Source of the DNA: an uncultured Gammaproteobacteria bacterium
Lineage (GTDB): Bacteria; Patescibacteriota; Microgenomatia; Daviesbacterales; UBA10151
Assembly (NCBI GenBank): GCA_964392925.1
Contig: CAYMRP010000007.1
Coordinates: forward strand, 2,214-66,213
Direction: 5' to 3'
DNA length: 64,000 nucleotides
Each line of letters begins with the position of its first letter. Positions within the stretch are counted from its first letter, which is position 1. The position numbers were made by a program, and so were the translations under genes. This document shows, one piece after another, positions 47,882 to 57,732 of this stretch. The notes beneath the pieces were generated by a model. It ran no database searches and was not told the origin of the DNA. It saw only the letters and a program-made list of their open reading frames with translations.

Positions 47882-49723
47882 ATGAATAAATCTCTCAATT
47901 ATTCTGCAGTCTTTTGCTGGGCTATTAGCATAATTACTATTTTAATTACATTCTCAGTTATTACAAGAAGTGTCACAGCAGCCTCACCATATAACCTTGG
48001 AGATGCGGATGGGGATATGGATGTAGATATTTTTGACTACAATATTATACTAACTAATTTTAACAGAGTTTATAACGACGCTGACTTTGATGGGAATGGA
48101 CTTATAGATATTTTTGATTACAATGTAGTGTTATCAAACTTTTCTAAAAAATATATGGCTGCTTCTGCTATGCCTTCGGGACATCACATGGGGGATGATT
48201 CAATGGCAATGATGGCATGGAGACATGGGGGGAAGAATTCTCCAAATCCCAATTATGATAAATGTGATGATGGTACTGATATAGTAACAGCCCATAATCA
48301 GTATTATGTCATTGCTTATGACGGGATCAAGTATCCGACCTGGCATCCTCCGGTAGTTGATAACCCAATCACAGGAGTAGGGAAGTGTTATTTTGGTCAC
48401 GAGCATGGCACAAATCCTTCTAACTATATTTATTACCAGGAAATAGTTGAACACTTTGGTAAAGACATTGATCATGACGGACAGATTACTGCTTTTAGTG
48501 TTTCTTCAGCAGGCACTATTACTCCAGGCGACCACGCTGGACTACCGTTTGGTATCGCAAATGAGCATATGGACAAATATTACAATCAGGAAGGACGAGA
48601 TTCAGTATTTGTCCGTCATGAAGATCATGTTGGTCATAAAGTAGAATTAGTGAATTATGAATCAGAAATGGTAGGAAATACTACTCATCCGATGGCTCAG
48701 CTTGCTGGGACAAAGGGGGTTAATATTCCATATTATCAGTCTGGTACAGAAACATATAATCCAACAGGGGTAACTTGTACCCACTTACATAAATTCCATC
48801 AAGGGACTCATTCAGCTGACGCTGTTTTAAATAATCTGCACGAAGTAATATTTCATTCCAATTGTTCAAGCGTGGATGTAAATGGTATTAATGCTCCTGC
48901 ATATTATCCTAACAACACAGTAATTTTGAATGGAATGATGACCTTTGGTAATCCGGGTATTTATAAAAGATTTTGCGGACGTAAGCGGGATGAGCAGATT
49001 TGCGGTTTAAATGGGACAAATCTCAGTACTACCGCCGGGGCGACATGTACATTAACCGACCCGTTGTTAAGCAGACTTCCAAATAGTGTTTACAGTAATA
49101 CTTTAGGCCGTAATATGACTGATAAGTTCTGTTTAGAGCATGTAGAGGATCCGGGATATGGAATTTCTGAAGGAAGTCCTTATTTTACCCCCTATGAAAT
49201 TTGGGAAGGCGATTTAAGAATTACGACCCCATCTGGAGATATGCTTGCTGAACATGGAAGACAATGGGATGTTCTCGATCCGGTTAGAATTATTGATATT
49301 GGTTATCAGCACCCTACCAGAACATGGCAAAAAGATTATCAATTTACTTCAGAAGTTTGTGATACATTATTAACAAAACCAGGCACGAATATCAGAAGGA
49401 CATTGGGCTGCGATCAGGGTAATAAGGCATATGATTCCCCACAATCAAGCTTTAAAGGCCTAAAACGAACAACCTACTTTGGGCGAAACAGGGTGTCGAA
49501 TCCCGGAGGAGCGCAAATCTGGTGGACAGATCCACTTGGGGGGAATGCCACAACAAGTGAAACTACATCAGGGCTGAAACAAAGAATTACTCCGGTAGAA
49601 GCAGACATACAAAGAGTTCAAAGCAGAATACAACAGGTTGTAGGTTCTAACCGCTTTTTAAATGATCGGGCAATCCAGCGTTTATTTAGTAGTGGCGGTG
49701 GAACAGTCCATGTTCCAAATTAA
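47882..49723 (+). CDS. Secreted protein with N-terminal dockerin-like repeats and His/Cys-rich domain
   Basis: GDADGDMDVDIFDYN, ADFDGNGLIDIFDYN; YPTWHPP, CYFGHEHG, HEDHVGHK. Confidence 0.7.
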   Translation: MNKSLNYSAVFCWAISIITILITFSVITRSVTAASPYNLGDADGDMDVDIFDYNIILTNFNRVYNDADFDGNGLIDIFDYNVVLSNFSKKYMAASAMPSGHHMGDDSMAMMAWRHGGKNSPNPNYDKCDDGTDIVTAHNQYYVIAYDGIKYPTWHPPVVDNPITGVGKCYFGHEHGTNPSNYIYYQEIVEHFGKDIDHDGQITAFSVSSAGTITPGDHAGLPFGIANEHMDKYYNQEGRDSVFVRHEDHVGHKVELVNYESEMVGNTTHPMAQLAGTKGVNIPYYQSGTETYNPTGVTCTHLHKFHQGTHSADAVLNNLHEVIFHSNCSSVDVNGINAPAYYPNNTVILNGMMTFGNPGIYKRFCGRKRDEQICGLNGTNLSTTAGATCTLTDPLLSRLPNSVYSNTLGRNMTDKFCLEHVEDPGYGISEGSPYFTPYEIWEGDLRITTPSGDMLAEHGRQWDVLDPVRIIDIGYQHPTRTWQKDYQFTSEVCDTLLTKPGTNIRRTLGCDQGNKAYDSPQSSFKGLKRTTYFGRNRVSNPGGAQIWWTDPLGGNATTSETTSGLKQRITPVEADIQRVQSRIQQVVGSNRFLNDRAIQRLFSSGGGTVHVPN

Positions 49724-49755
49724 ATTTACTTTGTTCAGTTTAAGGTAAACTAAGT

Positions 49756-49784
49756 TTGCTTTTTTTTTAAAAAAAAAGTAGAAT
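49756..49784 (+). promoter_or_regulatory. Putative rpsF operon promoter with homopolymer spacer
   Basis: TTGCTT-17bp-TAGAAT; spacer made of T and A runs. Confidence 0.55.
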
Positions 49785-49824
49785 TACCTTCGTGTAAAAA
49801 ACTTTTATAGTTTTTTGGAAAAAC

Positions 49825-50310
49825 ATGACTAATTATAATTTAACTATTTTAATAAACAATAAAGTTGAGGACAAAGCTAAAACCGGATTAATCGATGATT
49901 TAAAGAAAAATTTTGGTAATTTAGTTAAAGAAGATTTGTGGGGAGTGAGAACCTTGGCTTATGAGATTAAGCACATGGATAAAGCGTATTTTGCTCATTT
50001 TGAATTTGAATCTGAGCCTGATTCTGTGATTACTTTGGATCGAAATATCCGCTTGAATGAAAATATTATTAGATATTTATTGGTAAAAAGTAAAAAAGCT
50101 AAAAGAATTACTGCCGGCCAAGCAAAAAGAACTGCTAAAGCAGAAGCTGCAAAATCTGAGCCTGAAGCTAAACAAAGCTTGACGGCTGGTAAAAAAGAGA
50201 AAGCAGAATCTGAAATTAAAGCAGAGACTAAAGAGACTAAGAAAGAAGCTCCAGCTGCTGAATCCAAAGGTAAGAAAGTTGTTCAGATTAGACCGAAGAA
50301 GAAAGCATAG
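49825..50310 (+). CDS. rpsF: 30S ribosomal protein S6 (Lys/Ala/Glu-rich C-terminal extension)
   Basis: WGVRTLAYEIK, IIRYLLV; rpsF-ssb-rpsR order. Confidence 0.92.
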   Translation: MTNYNLTILINNKVEDKAKTGLIDDLKKNFGNLVKEDLWGVRTLAYEIKHMDKAYFAHFEFESEPDSVITLDRNIRLNENIIRYLLVKSKKAKRITAGQAKRTAKAEAAKSEPEAKQSLTAGKKEKAESEIKAETKETKKEAPAAESKGKKVVQIRPKKKA

Positions 50311-50317
50311 TATTTAA

Positions 50318-50827
50318 ATGGCATCGAGATCCTGGAATAGAGTTGAGCTGATTGGTAATTTAACCCGTGACCCTGAAATGCGTTATACCCCGAGTGGAGC
50401 TGCAGTGGCTACTTTTTCAATTGCGACCAATAGAACGTTTGTATCTGATGGCGAGAAAAAAGAAGAGGCAGATTTTCATAGATGTGTGGCTTGGAATAAG
50501 CTGGCGGAACTTTGTTCTCAGCTTTTGAAAAAAGGTAATAGAGTATTTGTGTCCGGAAGACTTCAAAACCGTTCATGGGAAACACCTGAAAAACAAACAA
50601 AATATATTACAGAAATAGTAATTGAAGATATGATATTACTCACAAACAAAGAAGCTGGAGATTACTCATCGGATAGCGCTGGAGTTTCTTCCCGAGCAAT
50701 GGATGAAATGCCTCAAGAGAGAGCTAAGAACCAGGAATCAAGAGTTAAGGAAGATACAAAAGAAGAGACTAAGGAGGCGAAGCCAGAGAAAGAAGAAGTT
50801 GAGGATTTAGATGATTTGCCGTTTTAA
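50318..50827 (+). CDS. ssb: Single-stranded DNA-binding protein
   Basis: NRVELIGNLTRDPEMRYTPSG; DDLPF tail. Confidence 0.96.
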   Translation: MASRSWNRVELIGNLTRDPEMRYTPSGAAVATFSIATNRTFVSDGEKKEEADFHRCVAWNKLAELCSQLLKKGNRVFVSGRLQNRSWETPEKQTKYITEIVIEDMILLTNKEAGDYSSDSAGVSSRAMDEMPQERAKNQESRVKEDTKEETKEAKPEKEEVEDLDDLPF

Positions 50828-50875
50828 CTTCTCTGTTGATTGTTTGAGCCTGTTCAATGTATAATTACCCAACTT

Positions 50876-51133
50876 ATGGCATTCAAGAGTAAAAAAACCG
50901 ATACAGCAAGAAAAGATATTCCAGCCAGAAAAAAGACTTGCTTTTTTTGTGATCACAGCAAAGAGCCTCAATTCACAGACTCATCTGCTTTGCGCAGATT
51001 TATGTCAGATCGTTCCAGAATAAATTCTAAACACCGATCTGGAGTTTGCAGCAAACATCAGAGAGTTTTAACAGAGCAGATTAAATATGCCAGACATTTG
51101 GCGTTACTGCCATTTATTACCAAAGTAGTTTAA
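50876..51133 (+). CDS. rpsR: 30S ribosomal protein S18 (Zn-binding type)
   Basis: CFFC, SGVCSKHQR, IKYARHLALLPF. Confidence 0.95.
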   Translation: MAFKSKKTDTARKDIPARKKTCFFCDHSKEPQFTDSSALRRFMSDRSRINSKHRSGVCSKHQRVLTEQIKYARHLALLPFITKVV

Positions 51134-51135
51134 CT

Positions 51136-51172
51136 TCAGCTATCAGCTATCAGCTATCAGCTATCAGCTATC
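51136..51172. repeat. Perfect heptamer tandem repeat (TCAGCTA)x5
   Basis: Directly read; followed by T7. Confidence 0.95.
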
Positions 51173-51193
51173 TTTTTTTGATATACTAAATTC

Positions 51194-51790
51194 ATGCCCC
51201 ATTTGAGTGGTGTTTTTGACGAGTTCCCAGATCTTGATAAAATATCAGCTGAAGAAATTGCTTCAGGTTTATCTTTTAAACCTGAAATGCATTTTTTAAT
51301 GAATTATTTAGGTAATAGAATTACCTACCCTCAGGCAATTCCTGCAACGCTACAGGAGCTGGAGATTGATCTGGCGATTCTAAGGGTGGGTATAAAACTG
51401 CGTCCTGGACTTTTTTTTGAGCCGCAAAGTAACAGAATTATAGTCCCTAAAAAATTTGAAGACAGATTTCCACATTTACCATTACTGGTTAAAGCAGTTG
51501 TTGAGGGCATTAATCCCAAGGGTGTTCATTATGTTTCGATTAAAGACCAGGCGGGATTAGATTTAGTAGGGTCGGTTATAAGTCCGATGAGTCCTCAGAA
51601 ATTGAGTCTAGATGGAAAGACAGTTAAATTTACAGGATTGGCAATAGCAAAAGATTTGCCTTTGAATGCTATTTCTTTTATGCCTACTCCGGTAAAAAGT
51701 GCAAAAGTGAGGCTTGGTGATGAGGAACTTGATTGTGCAGGCGGAAGGTTAGGGATAATTATTGATTTGAGATTAGGGGGATTTTCGTGA
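51194..51790 (+). CDS. Hypothetical protein resembling the C-terminal part of GlmL/MutL-like proteins
   Basis: C-terminal GGRLGIIIDLR; N...YPQAIP..E..IDLA. Confidence 0.5.
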   Translation: MPHLSGVFDEFPDLDKISAEEIASGLSFKPEMHFLMNYLGNRITYPQAIPATLQELEIDLAILRVGIKLRPGLFFEPQSNRIIVPKKFEDRFPHLPLLVKAVVEGINPKGVHYVSIKDQAGLDLVGSVISPMSPQKLSLDGKTVKFTGLAIAKDLPLNAISFMPTPVKSAKVRLGDEELDCAGGRLGIIIDLRLGGFS

Positions 51791-52920
51791 GCAATATAAC
51801 AGTTTCAGCAAATCGAAGAATTAGAATAAAGCCAAGCAGTTGCATGCTGATTAAGCGGCGGTTAAAAGGACCAGGAAGGATATTGGCTCAAAAGAATACG
51901 GATGTTTCTCCCCACGATGTTCTGGGCCATTATAAAATGGCTGTTGGTTTTACGAAGATCGATTTATCTAAAGAACTAGGAGTGGGTCCTGCTGAAATAG
52001 TTAAATATGTTAAGAAAACTGTTGGTCAAACTGTTTATAAAGGGGAACTCGTTGCAATTAAAAAAGGGATGTTCGGAACGGTCGATGTGACAGCACCGAC
52101 GGATGGAATATTAGACAGTATAGATATAAAAACTGGTGAAGTTGGTTTTAAGTTGATTCCCAAAGAGATTGATTTAACTTCAGGGGTTTTCGGAGTAGTG
52201 GACTCAGTTGATCAAGTTAAAGGGGAAATAATCATAAAAAGCATGATGACAGAGATTTATGGGATTTATGGGAGCGGGATTGAGAAAGAGGGCTTTATCA
52301 ATGTGCTTTCGGGTTCTGGCAAATTAACTCCTGTCGGTTCTATAACTCCAGCGCATCGAGGTCAAATTATTGTGGCGGGCTCGTTAGTTATGGAAGATGC
52401 TATTAAAAAAGCATTGAACTGCGGCGTATTAGGAATTATTTGCGGTGGACTTAACATGAAGGATTACTTATCGATGGCAATGAGTCTGAATCCTTTTAAG
52501 AGGGTGGGGACAGAAATCGGTCTATCAGTTGTCGCCACAGAAGGATTTGGGATCTTACCTATGGGGGAGGATTTGTATGAACTTTTAGAGAAATATTCGG
52601 GCAGATTTGGGATTATTCAGGGCAATCTGGGCCGGGTTTTATTGCCATCGGATGACCCAAATAGTATACTGTTTTGTAGGAAAGTCGGACTTCCGGCAGT
52701 TGCACCAATGGGTGTTCGGCCGGAGTTAAGTATAGAAGAAATTAAAATTGGTGCGAAAGTCAGAGTGATCGAGCCACCGTTTATGGGAGCACAGGGTGAA
52801 GTGGTGGCAATTGATGGAAGTCCTACCAAACTGGCTTCAGGAATTTCTACCTATTTGATCACAATAGCTACTAAGGCAAGAAAAATGAAAACTCCTTATA
52901 GCAATATAGAAATAATTTAA
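51787..52920 (+). CDS. Hypothetical protein with barrel-sandwich-like repeats and C-terminal KOW-like motif
   Basis: VGQTVYKGELVA..VTAPTDG; ATEGFG; IGAKVRVIEPPFMGAQG. Confidence 0.6.
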   Translation: MSNITVSANRRIRIKPSSCMLIKRRLKGPGRILAQKNTDVSPHDVLGHYKMAVGFTKIDLSKELGVGPAEIVKYVKKTVGQTVYKGELVAIKKGMFGTVDVTAPTDGILDSIDIKTGEVGFKLIPKEIDLTSGVFGVVDSVDQVKGEIIIKSMMTEIYGIYGSGIEKEGFINVLSGSGKLTPVGSITPAHRGQIIVAGSLVMEDAIKKALNCGVLGIICGGLNMKDYLSMAMSLNPFKRVGTEIGLSVVATEGFGILPMGEDLYELLEKYSGRFGIIQGNLGRVLLPSDDPNSILFCRKVGLPAVAPMGVRPELSIEEIKIGAKVRVIEPPFMGAQGEVVAIDGSPTKLASGISTYLITIATKARKMKTPYSNIEII

Positions 52921-54162
52921 ATGAAATATTTTAAGAAAATAAACTTTATTACTTTAATAGTAGCCTTGATAACATTTATCATAGGCTGGCAGTTGGGTAA
53001 CAATGATTTTAAAGTTAAAGTTTCTGATTTTAGACCTGAAGTATCATTTTCGAATAACCAAGTCCCGGCAGATCAGAATGTTGATTTCAAATTGTTTTGG
53101 CAAGTTTGGAATATGGTTTCCAAAGAGTACGTAGATAAAGATGCTGTTAATTCGCAAAAAATGTTTTACGGCGCTATCTCAGGAATGGTTGCAGCACTTG
53201 GGGATCCATATACAGTATTTCTCCCTCCAACAGAGCAAAAATCAACTCAGGAAGAAATTGGAGGAAGTTTTGAAGGGGTTGGGATTCAACTTGGATATGA
53301 TAAAGATAAAAGATTGGCTGTTATTGCACCTGTAAAAGATACACCGGCTGATAAAGCAGGAGTTATGGCAGGAGATTTGATTATTAAAATAGCAGATAAA
53401 GATGCGACAGGACTATCCTTACCCGAGGCTGTCAATTTAATACGCGGACCAAAAGGTAGTTCGATAGTTTTAGAAATTTATCATGAAGGCGCGACTCAAA
53501 CAAAAACAATTGAATTAAAAAGAGATACGATTGTAGTTAAGAGTGTGGAATTTGAAGAAAAAACTACACCTAAAAATAAAAAAGTCGCTGTGATTAAATT
53601 GAGCAGATTTGGAGAGAGAACATTTACGGAATGGAGTCAGGCTGTTTCGACTACTTTAGCATCAGGAGCTGATGCTGTTATTTTAGATATGAGAAATAAC
53701 CCTGGTGGTCTTTTGGATGGAGCAGTCTTTATCGGTTCGGAATTCATTAAATCTGGGGATATAGTTTTACAAGAAAATGCCAGAGGCGAAAGAACAGGAT
53801 ATAAGGTTAATAGGGAAGGTAAGCTTTTGAATTTGCCATTGATTGTAATGGTTAATAAAGGTTCGGCTTCAGCATCAGAAATTGTTGCTGGTGCAATCCA
53901 GGATTTGAAACGAGGCAAGCTGCTTGGGGATACGTCTTTTGGAAAAGGGACAATCCAGGAATCTCAGGAGTTGCCGGAGAAAACAGGAATTCATATCACG
54001 ACTGCAAAATGGCTGACACCATTAGGAAGATGGATACACCAAAAAGGGCTGGAACCGGATATCAAAGTTGTTTTAACTGAAGAGCAAATTAAACAGCAAA
54101 TTGACGATGAAACTAAGGATTTCCAAATGGAGAAAGCTCTGGAAGAAGTCGATAATTTGTAG
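52921..54162 (+). CDS. ctpA: Carboxy-terminal processing protease (S41)
   Basis: LGDPYT, PDZ domain, DMRNNPGG, SASASEI, FGKGTIQ. Confidence 0.93.
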   Translation: MKYFKKINFITLIVALITFIIGWQLGNNDFKVKVSDFRPEVSFSNNQVPADQNVDFKLFWQVWNMVSKEYVDKDAVNSQKMFYGAISGMVAALGDPYTVFLPPTEQKSTQEEIGGSFEGVGIQLGYDKDKRLAVIAPVKDTPADKAGVMAGDLIIKIADKDATGLSLPEAVNLIRGPKGSSIVLEIYHEGATQTKTIELKRDTIVVKSVEFEEKTTPKNKKVAVIKLSRFGERTFTEWSQAVSTTLASGADAVILDMRNNPGGLLDGAVFIGSEFIKSGDIVLQENARGERTGYKVNREGKLLNLPLIVMVNKGSASASEIVAGAIQDLKRGKLLGDTSFGKGTIQESQELPEKTGIHITTAKWLTPLGRWIHQKGLEPDIKVVLTEEQIKQQIDDETKDFQMEKALEEVDNL

Positions 54163-54227
54163 GCAATAGGTTTCTCAGGTTTTTTTAAGTTTTTAATTAT
54201 AATCTCTGTGATAGAATATCTCTAAAT

Positions 54228-55358
54228 ATGAATGAAAATGCCAAGAAAATTATAGTCGGAATTTTGGTTGTTGGACTGTTAGGATTTGGTTTTGTCAGAC
54301 TTGTGCAGACAGGGAAAGTTAGACTCGGCTTTGCTCCATTTCCAAAAATTGAAAGCACGACTACGCAAGAAACGCGGACTTTAGTTAAAGAAGAAAATGC
54401 TGTAATTCAGACTGTTGAGGAAAATTCTGATTCTGTTGTAGCGATTGGAATAACGCAACGAATCGTGAATCCATTTGATCCTGAGGCTTTACCAAGAAAT
54501 AGACAATCGACAATTGGAACTGGTTTTATTGCTTCTGATAATGGGGTTATTGTGACTAACCGTCATGTGGTTGCAGATACTAATGCCACATACACTGTCG
54601 TAACTAAGGATGGAAAGAAGTTAGAGGTTGAAAGAATATACAGAGATACTAATTTAGATTTAGCCTTAATTAAAACCAAAGAAGAAGGTTTAAAGCCTTT
54701 AAGAATAGGGGATTCGTCTAAGCTAAAAGTCGGTCAGACTGCGATTGCGATAGGAAATGCTTTGGGCAGATTCTCTAATACTGTAACTACCGGAGTTGTT
54801 TCAGGACTCGGAAGGACTATTGGAGCTGGAGATCCATTTTCAGGTCAAACAGAACTGTTAGATGATTTAATTCAAACTGATGCCGCGATTAATCCGGGGA
54901 ATTCAGGTGGACCACTATTGAATTCTGCTGGGGAAGTTATTGGAGTTAATGTGGCAGTATCGGAATCAGCCCAAAATATTGGTTTTGCAGTACCCATTAA
55001 CTCAGTTAAAGCGGTAATCGATGAATTTGTTTCAACAGGTAAAATTTCTAGGGCCTTCTTAGGAGTAAATTATAGAGTGATCACCAGAGACTTAGCGCTT
55101 TTAAACGAAGTGCCTCAAGGAGCTTATATTCAGGAAGTTTCGCCTAATAGTCCAGCATCTAAATCAGGGATTGAAGCAGGCGATATAATTACTAAAATTG
55201 ATGGTAAGCAAGTTGATGATCAGAATTTTATTTCTGATCTAATCAGAAGTAAAAAAGTTGGTGACAAGTTGAGTATTGAGATTTGGAGAGAGAATCAGAA
55301 TGGTCAAGGAGAGACTAAAAATATTGAAGCGGAACTTGAGGAGTCAGGAGGTAATTAG
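54228..55358 (+). CDS. htrA: HtrA/DegP-like serine protease with PDZ
   Basis: VTNRHVV, DLAL, QTDAAINPGNSGGPL. Confidence 0.93.
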   Translation: MNENAKKIIVGILVVGLLGFGFVRLVQTGKVRLGFAPFPKIESTTTQETRTLVKEENAVIQTVEENSDSVVAIGITQRIVNPFDPEALPRNRQSTIGTGFIASDNGVIVTNRHVVADTNATYTVVTKDGKKLEVERIYRDTNLDLALIKTKEEGLKPLRIGDSSKLKVGQTAIAIGNALGRFSNTVTTGVVSGLGRTIGAGDPFSGQTELLDDLIQTDAAINPGNSGGPLLNSAGEVIGVNVAVSESAQNIGFAVPINSVKAVIDEFVSTGKISRAFLGVNYRVITRDLALLNEVPQGAYIQEVSPNSPASKSGIEAGDIITKIDGKQVDDQNFISDLIRSKKVGDKLSIEIWRENQNGQGETKNIEAELEESGGN

Positions 55359-55610
55359 ATGGCAGGAGAACGACGAAGTAAAAATGTTGATACATCATTG
55401 GGTCCTGACACAGCCGGAACTTTAGAGAGGACGCGTCAGGCAGTCGTCAAAAGAGCGGAGGAGCTGGATTTAACAGATGGCAAGTTGAAGAGTATTTTAG
55501 AAAGCGGCCGCCGAGCAAGGGAAGAAGATTTAGATATAATAACCCCGATTGACCCGTTTCGAGACCCTTTTTCACAAGCACCTAAGACAAGAAGAAGGAA
55601 GACAAAATAA
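55359..55610 (+). CDS. Small hypothetical protein
   Basis: SD GGAGG inside htrA end, ATG immediately after stop. Confidence 0.55.
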   Translation: MAGERRSKNVDTSLGPDTAGTLERTRQAVVKRAEELDLTDGKLKSILESGRRAREEDLDIITPIDPFRDPFSQAPKTRRRKTK

Positions 55611-55618
55611 GGTTATAG

Positions 55619-56278
55619 TCAGAATTCTATAATAAAATAACGCTGCTGTTTGGCTAGATCCTGTTTAATTTCTACTTTAGCTTTAGGGAATATTTTCTTA
55701 GTTTCCTGAGTGGTTATTTCAGCCTGAGTGTAATCGATTTCTCCAATTAAATATTTAGGGTAGAGATTATTGTTTTTAATTTGATGAAACAGTTTTCGGT
55801 AAAGCTCAAAGCCGTCTATTCCGCCATCGAGAGCGATTTTTGGTTCCCAGTCACTAACCATTGGATCAATGTGTAAAAGCCTGGCTGTGGGGATGTAAGG
55901 GAGGTTGGTGACTATAACATCAGGTGCTATCTGCATACCATCAAACAGATCTCGTTTTTGAAAGAATATCTGCTTTTCAACTTTATGAAACTTAGCATTC
56001 TTTTGAGCAACCTCTAAGGCTTTTTCAGAAATATCAGTGGCCAGAATTTTTATTCCGGGCAGATTTTTAGCGATCGAAATTGCTATACAGCCCGAACCTG
56101 TTCCTATATCTAATAGAGTTTGAGGTTTTAGCTTTATAATCTCGTCAATAAGAAGCTCGGTTTCTGGGCGGGGGATTAACGTATCTTCGGTAACTAAAAA
56201 TTTTAGTTTGTAGAATTCAGTCCAGCCCTGCTGATATTGTTTTGGTTTTTCTGCTCTGATTTTCTCACCTTTTTTCAT
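55619..56278 (-). CDS. prmC: Release factor glutamine methyltransferase (short form)
   Basis: LIPRPETE, LDIGTGSGCI, NLPY, EPKIALDGG. Confidence 0.92.
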   Translation of the reverse strand: MKKGEKIRAEKPKQYQQGWTEFYKLKFLVTEDTLIPRPETELLIDEIIKLKPQTLLDIGTGSGCIAISIAKNLPGIKILATDISEKALEVAQKNAKFHKVEKQIFFQKRDLFDGMQIAPDVIVTNLPYIPTARLLHIDPMVSDWEPKIALDGGIDGFELYRKLFHQIKNNNLYPKYLIGEIDYTQAEITTQETKKIFPKAKVEIKQDLAKQQRYFIIEF

Positions 56279-56339
56279 TTGATTTGGACGGTAGATGATA
56301 GAAGATTGAGGATGGTGGTAGAGGAACTTCTACTTTCTA

Positions 56340-57281
56340 TCATCCATTGTCCTCCTTTGCAGCTTCTTGGAGAGCGTCGACTACGGGACCTAAAGCACCT
56401 TCGAGAATTTGCTCTAAGTTGTGCCAGGATTTACCAATTCTGTGATCAGTCATTCTGTTTTGCGGAAAGTTATAAGTTCTTATTTTTTCGCTTCTATCGC
56501 CGGCACCGACCATTAAGGAGCGGGCGTTGTCTACTTCTTCAAATTTTTCTTTTCTTTCTGCTTCCCAGATTCTGGCACGCAATAAATTCATGGCATTCTC
56601 TCTATTTTGGAGCTGGGAGCGTTCTGTTTGGCAGGTGACGACGATACCGGTGGGTTTATGAATGACCCTAACGGCTGTTGAAACTTTGTTAACGTTTTGG
56701 CCTCCTGCTCCTCCGGATCTAAAACTTTCGAAAGAGATATCAGCCGGATTAATAAAAACTTCAGATTCTTTTACTTCGGGTAAAACAGCAATTGTAGCGG
56801 TCGAAGTGTGAATACGGCCGCCGGATTCTGTTTTAGGCACCCGTTGAACCCGGTGGACTCCGGCCTCGTATTGAATTAAATTAAAAGCGTCTTTGCCTTT
56901 GATTTTTATGGTGATTTGTTTTATTTGACCAATGCCGCCTTCTGAGCGGTCGAGTTCTTCTAACTTCCAGTTTTTAGTTTCAGCAAAACGGGTGTACATA
57001 CGAAGTAAGTCTCCGGCAAATAATCCAGCTTCGTCACCGCCGGCGGCGGATCTTATTTCCATTATTGCGACGTTCGGATTAATATCACTATCTATTGATT
57101 CAGAATTGTCTTCGGAGGACATTGATTGAGAGGCGGAATCGGAAAGTTCTTGTTTTTGTTTTTCAAGATCGGCAATTTCGGCAGTAACAAGTTCTGCCAT
57201 CTCCGGATCAGCTAGGAGTTCTTTAAGTTCGACGATTCTGTTGTCTATATCGCTGATTTGTTGTTGTATATAGTCTTCCAT
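56340..57281 (-). CDS. prfA: Peptide chain release factor 1 (N-terminally shortened)
   Basis: [15 protein letters not shown] (PxT), [17 protein letters not shown]. Confidence 0.93.
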   Translation of the reverse strand: MEDYIQQQISDIDNRIVELKELLADPEMAELVTAEIADLEKQKQELSDSASQSMSSEDNSESIDSDINPNVAIMEIRSAAGGDEAGLFAGDLLRMYTRFAETKNWKLEELDRSEGGIGQIKQITIKIKGKDAFNLIQYEAGVHRVQRVPKTESGGRIHTSTATIAVLPEVKESEVFINPADISFESFRSGGAGGQNVNKVSTAVRVIHKPTGIVVTCQTERSQLQNRENAMNLLRARIWEAERKEKFEEVDNARSLMVGAGDRSEKIRTYNFPQNRMTDHRIGKSWHNLEQILEGALGPVVDALQEAAKEDNG

Positions 57282-57344
57282 TTTGTTGGGGTAATACGTA
57301 AAAGGAGATACGCAATACGTAATTATTTTATCACGTACTGCTAG

Positions 57345-57671
57345 TTAACTTTGGATTGATTTTCGAGCCTGCATTAAGAGGTCTTTAAGGGAAGGTTTTT
57401 CTGTTTTTTCGGTGGTTTGTCTTTCAGCACGAGCTTGTATAATCTTCTTTTTCTCAGCACCTTTTTGAACTGCTCTTTCAGTAAACTTTTTGAATTTATC
57501 TACCTGGCCTAATGTATCAACTAATTTTTGCTGACCTGTGTAAAGTGGGTGACAATTAGAGCAAATATCAACACGGATCGAATCCATAGTTGAACCGGTA
57601 TTAAAGGTTGCGCCACAGGCACAAACTACTTTTGCTGAGTCATTCCATGTCGGATGTATGCTTGCTTTCAT
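57345..57671 (-). CDS. rpmE: 50S ribosomal protein L31
   Basis: MKASIHP, CACG, DICSNCHPLYTG. Confidence 0.95.
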   Translation of the reverse strand: MKASIHPTWNDSAKVVCACGATFNTGSTMDSIRVDICSNCHPLYTGQQKLVDTLGQVDKFKKFTERAVQKGAEKKKIIQARAERQTTEKTEKPSLKDLLMQARKSIQS

Positions 57672-57732
57672 AATGGAGGATAGTATACCAAAAATAATCT
57701 CTGGGCACAACAGATAAGGCAAGATCTAAATA

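Noticed and set aside
56237-56638. 133-aa plus-strand ORF and other short antisense ORFs in the track
   Set aside because: They lie opposite well-supported genes (here prfA/prmC) and have no recognisable motifs.
55619-57281. prfA and prmC as pseudogenes because they are short
   Set aside because: GGQ, PxT, SAM-binding and NLPY motifs are intact and both are shortened only at the N-terminus, consistent with streamlined functional forms.
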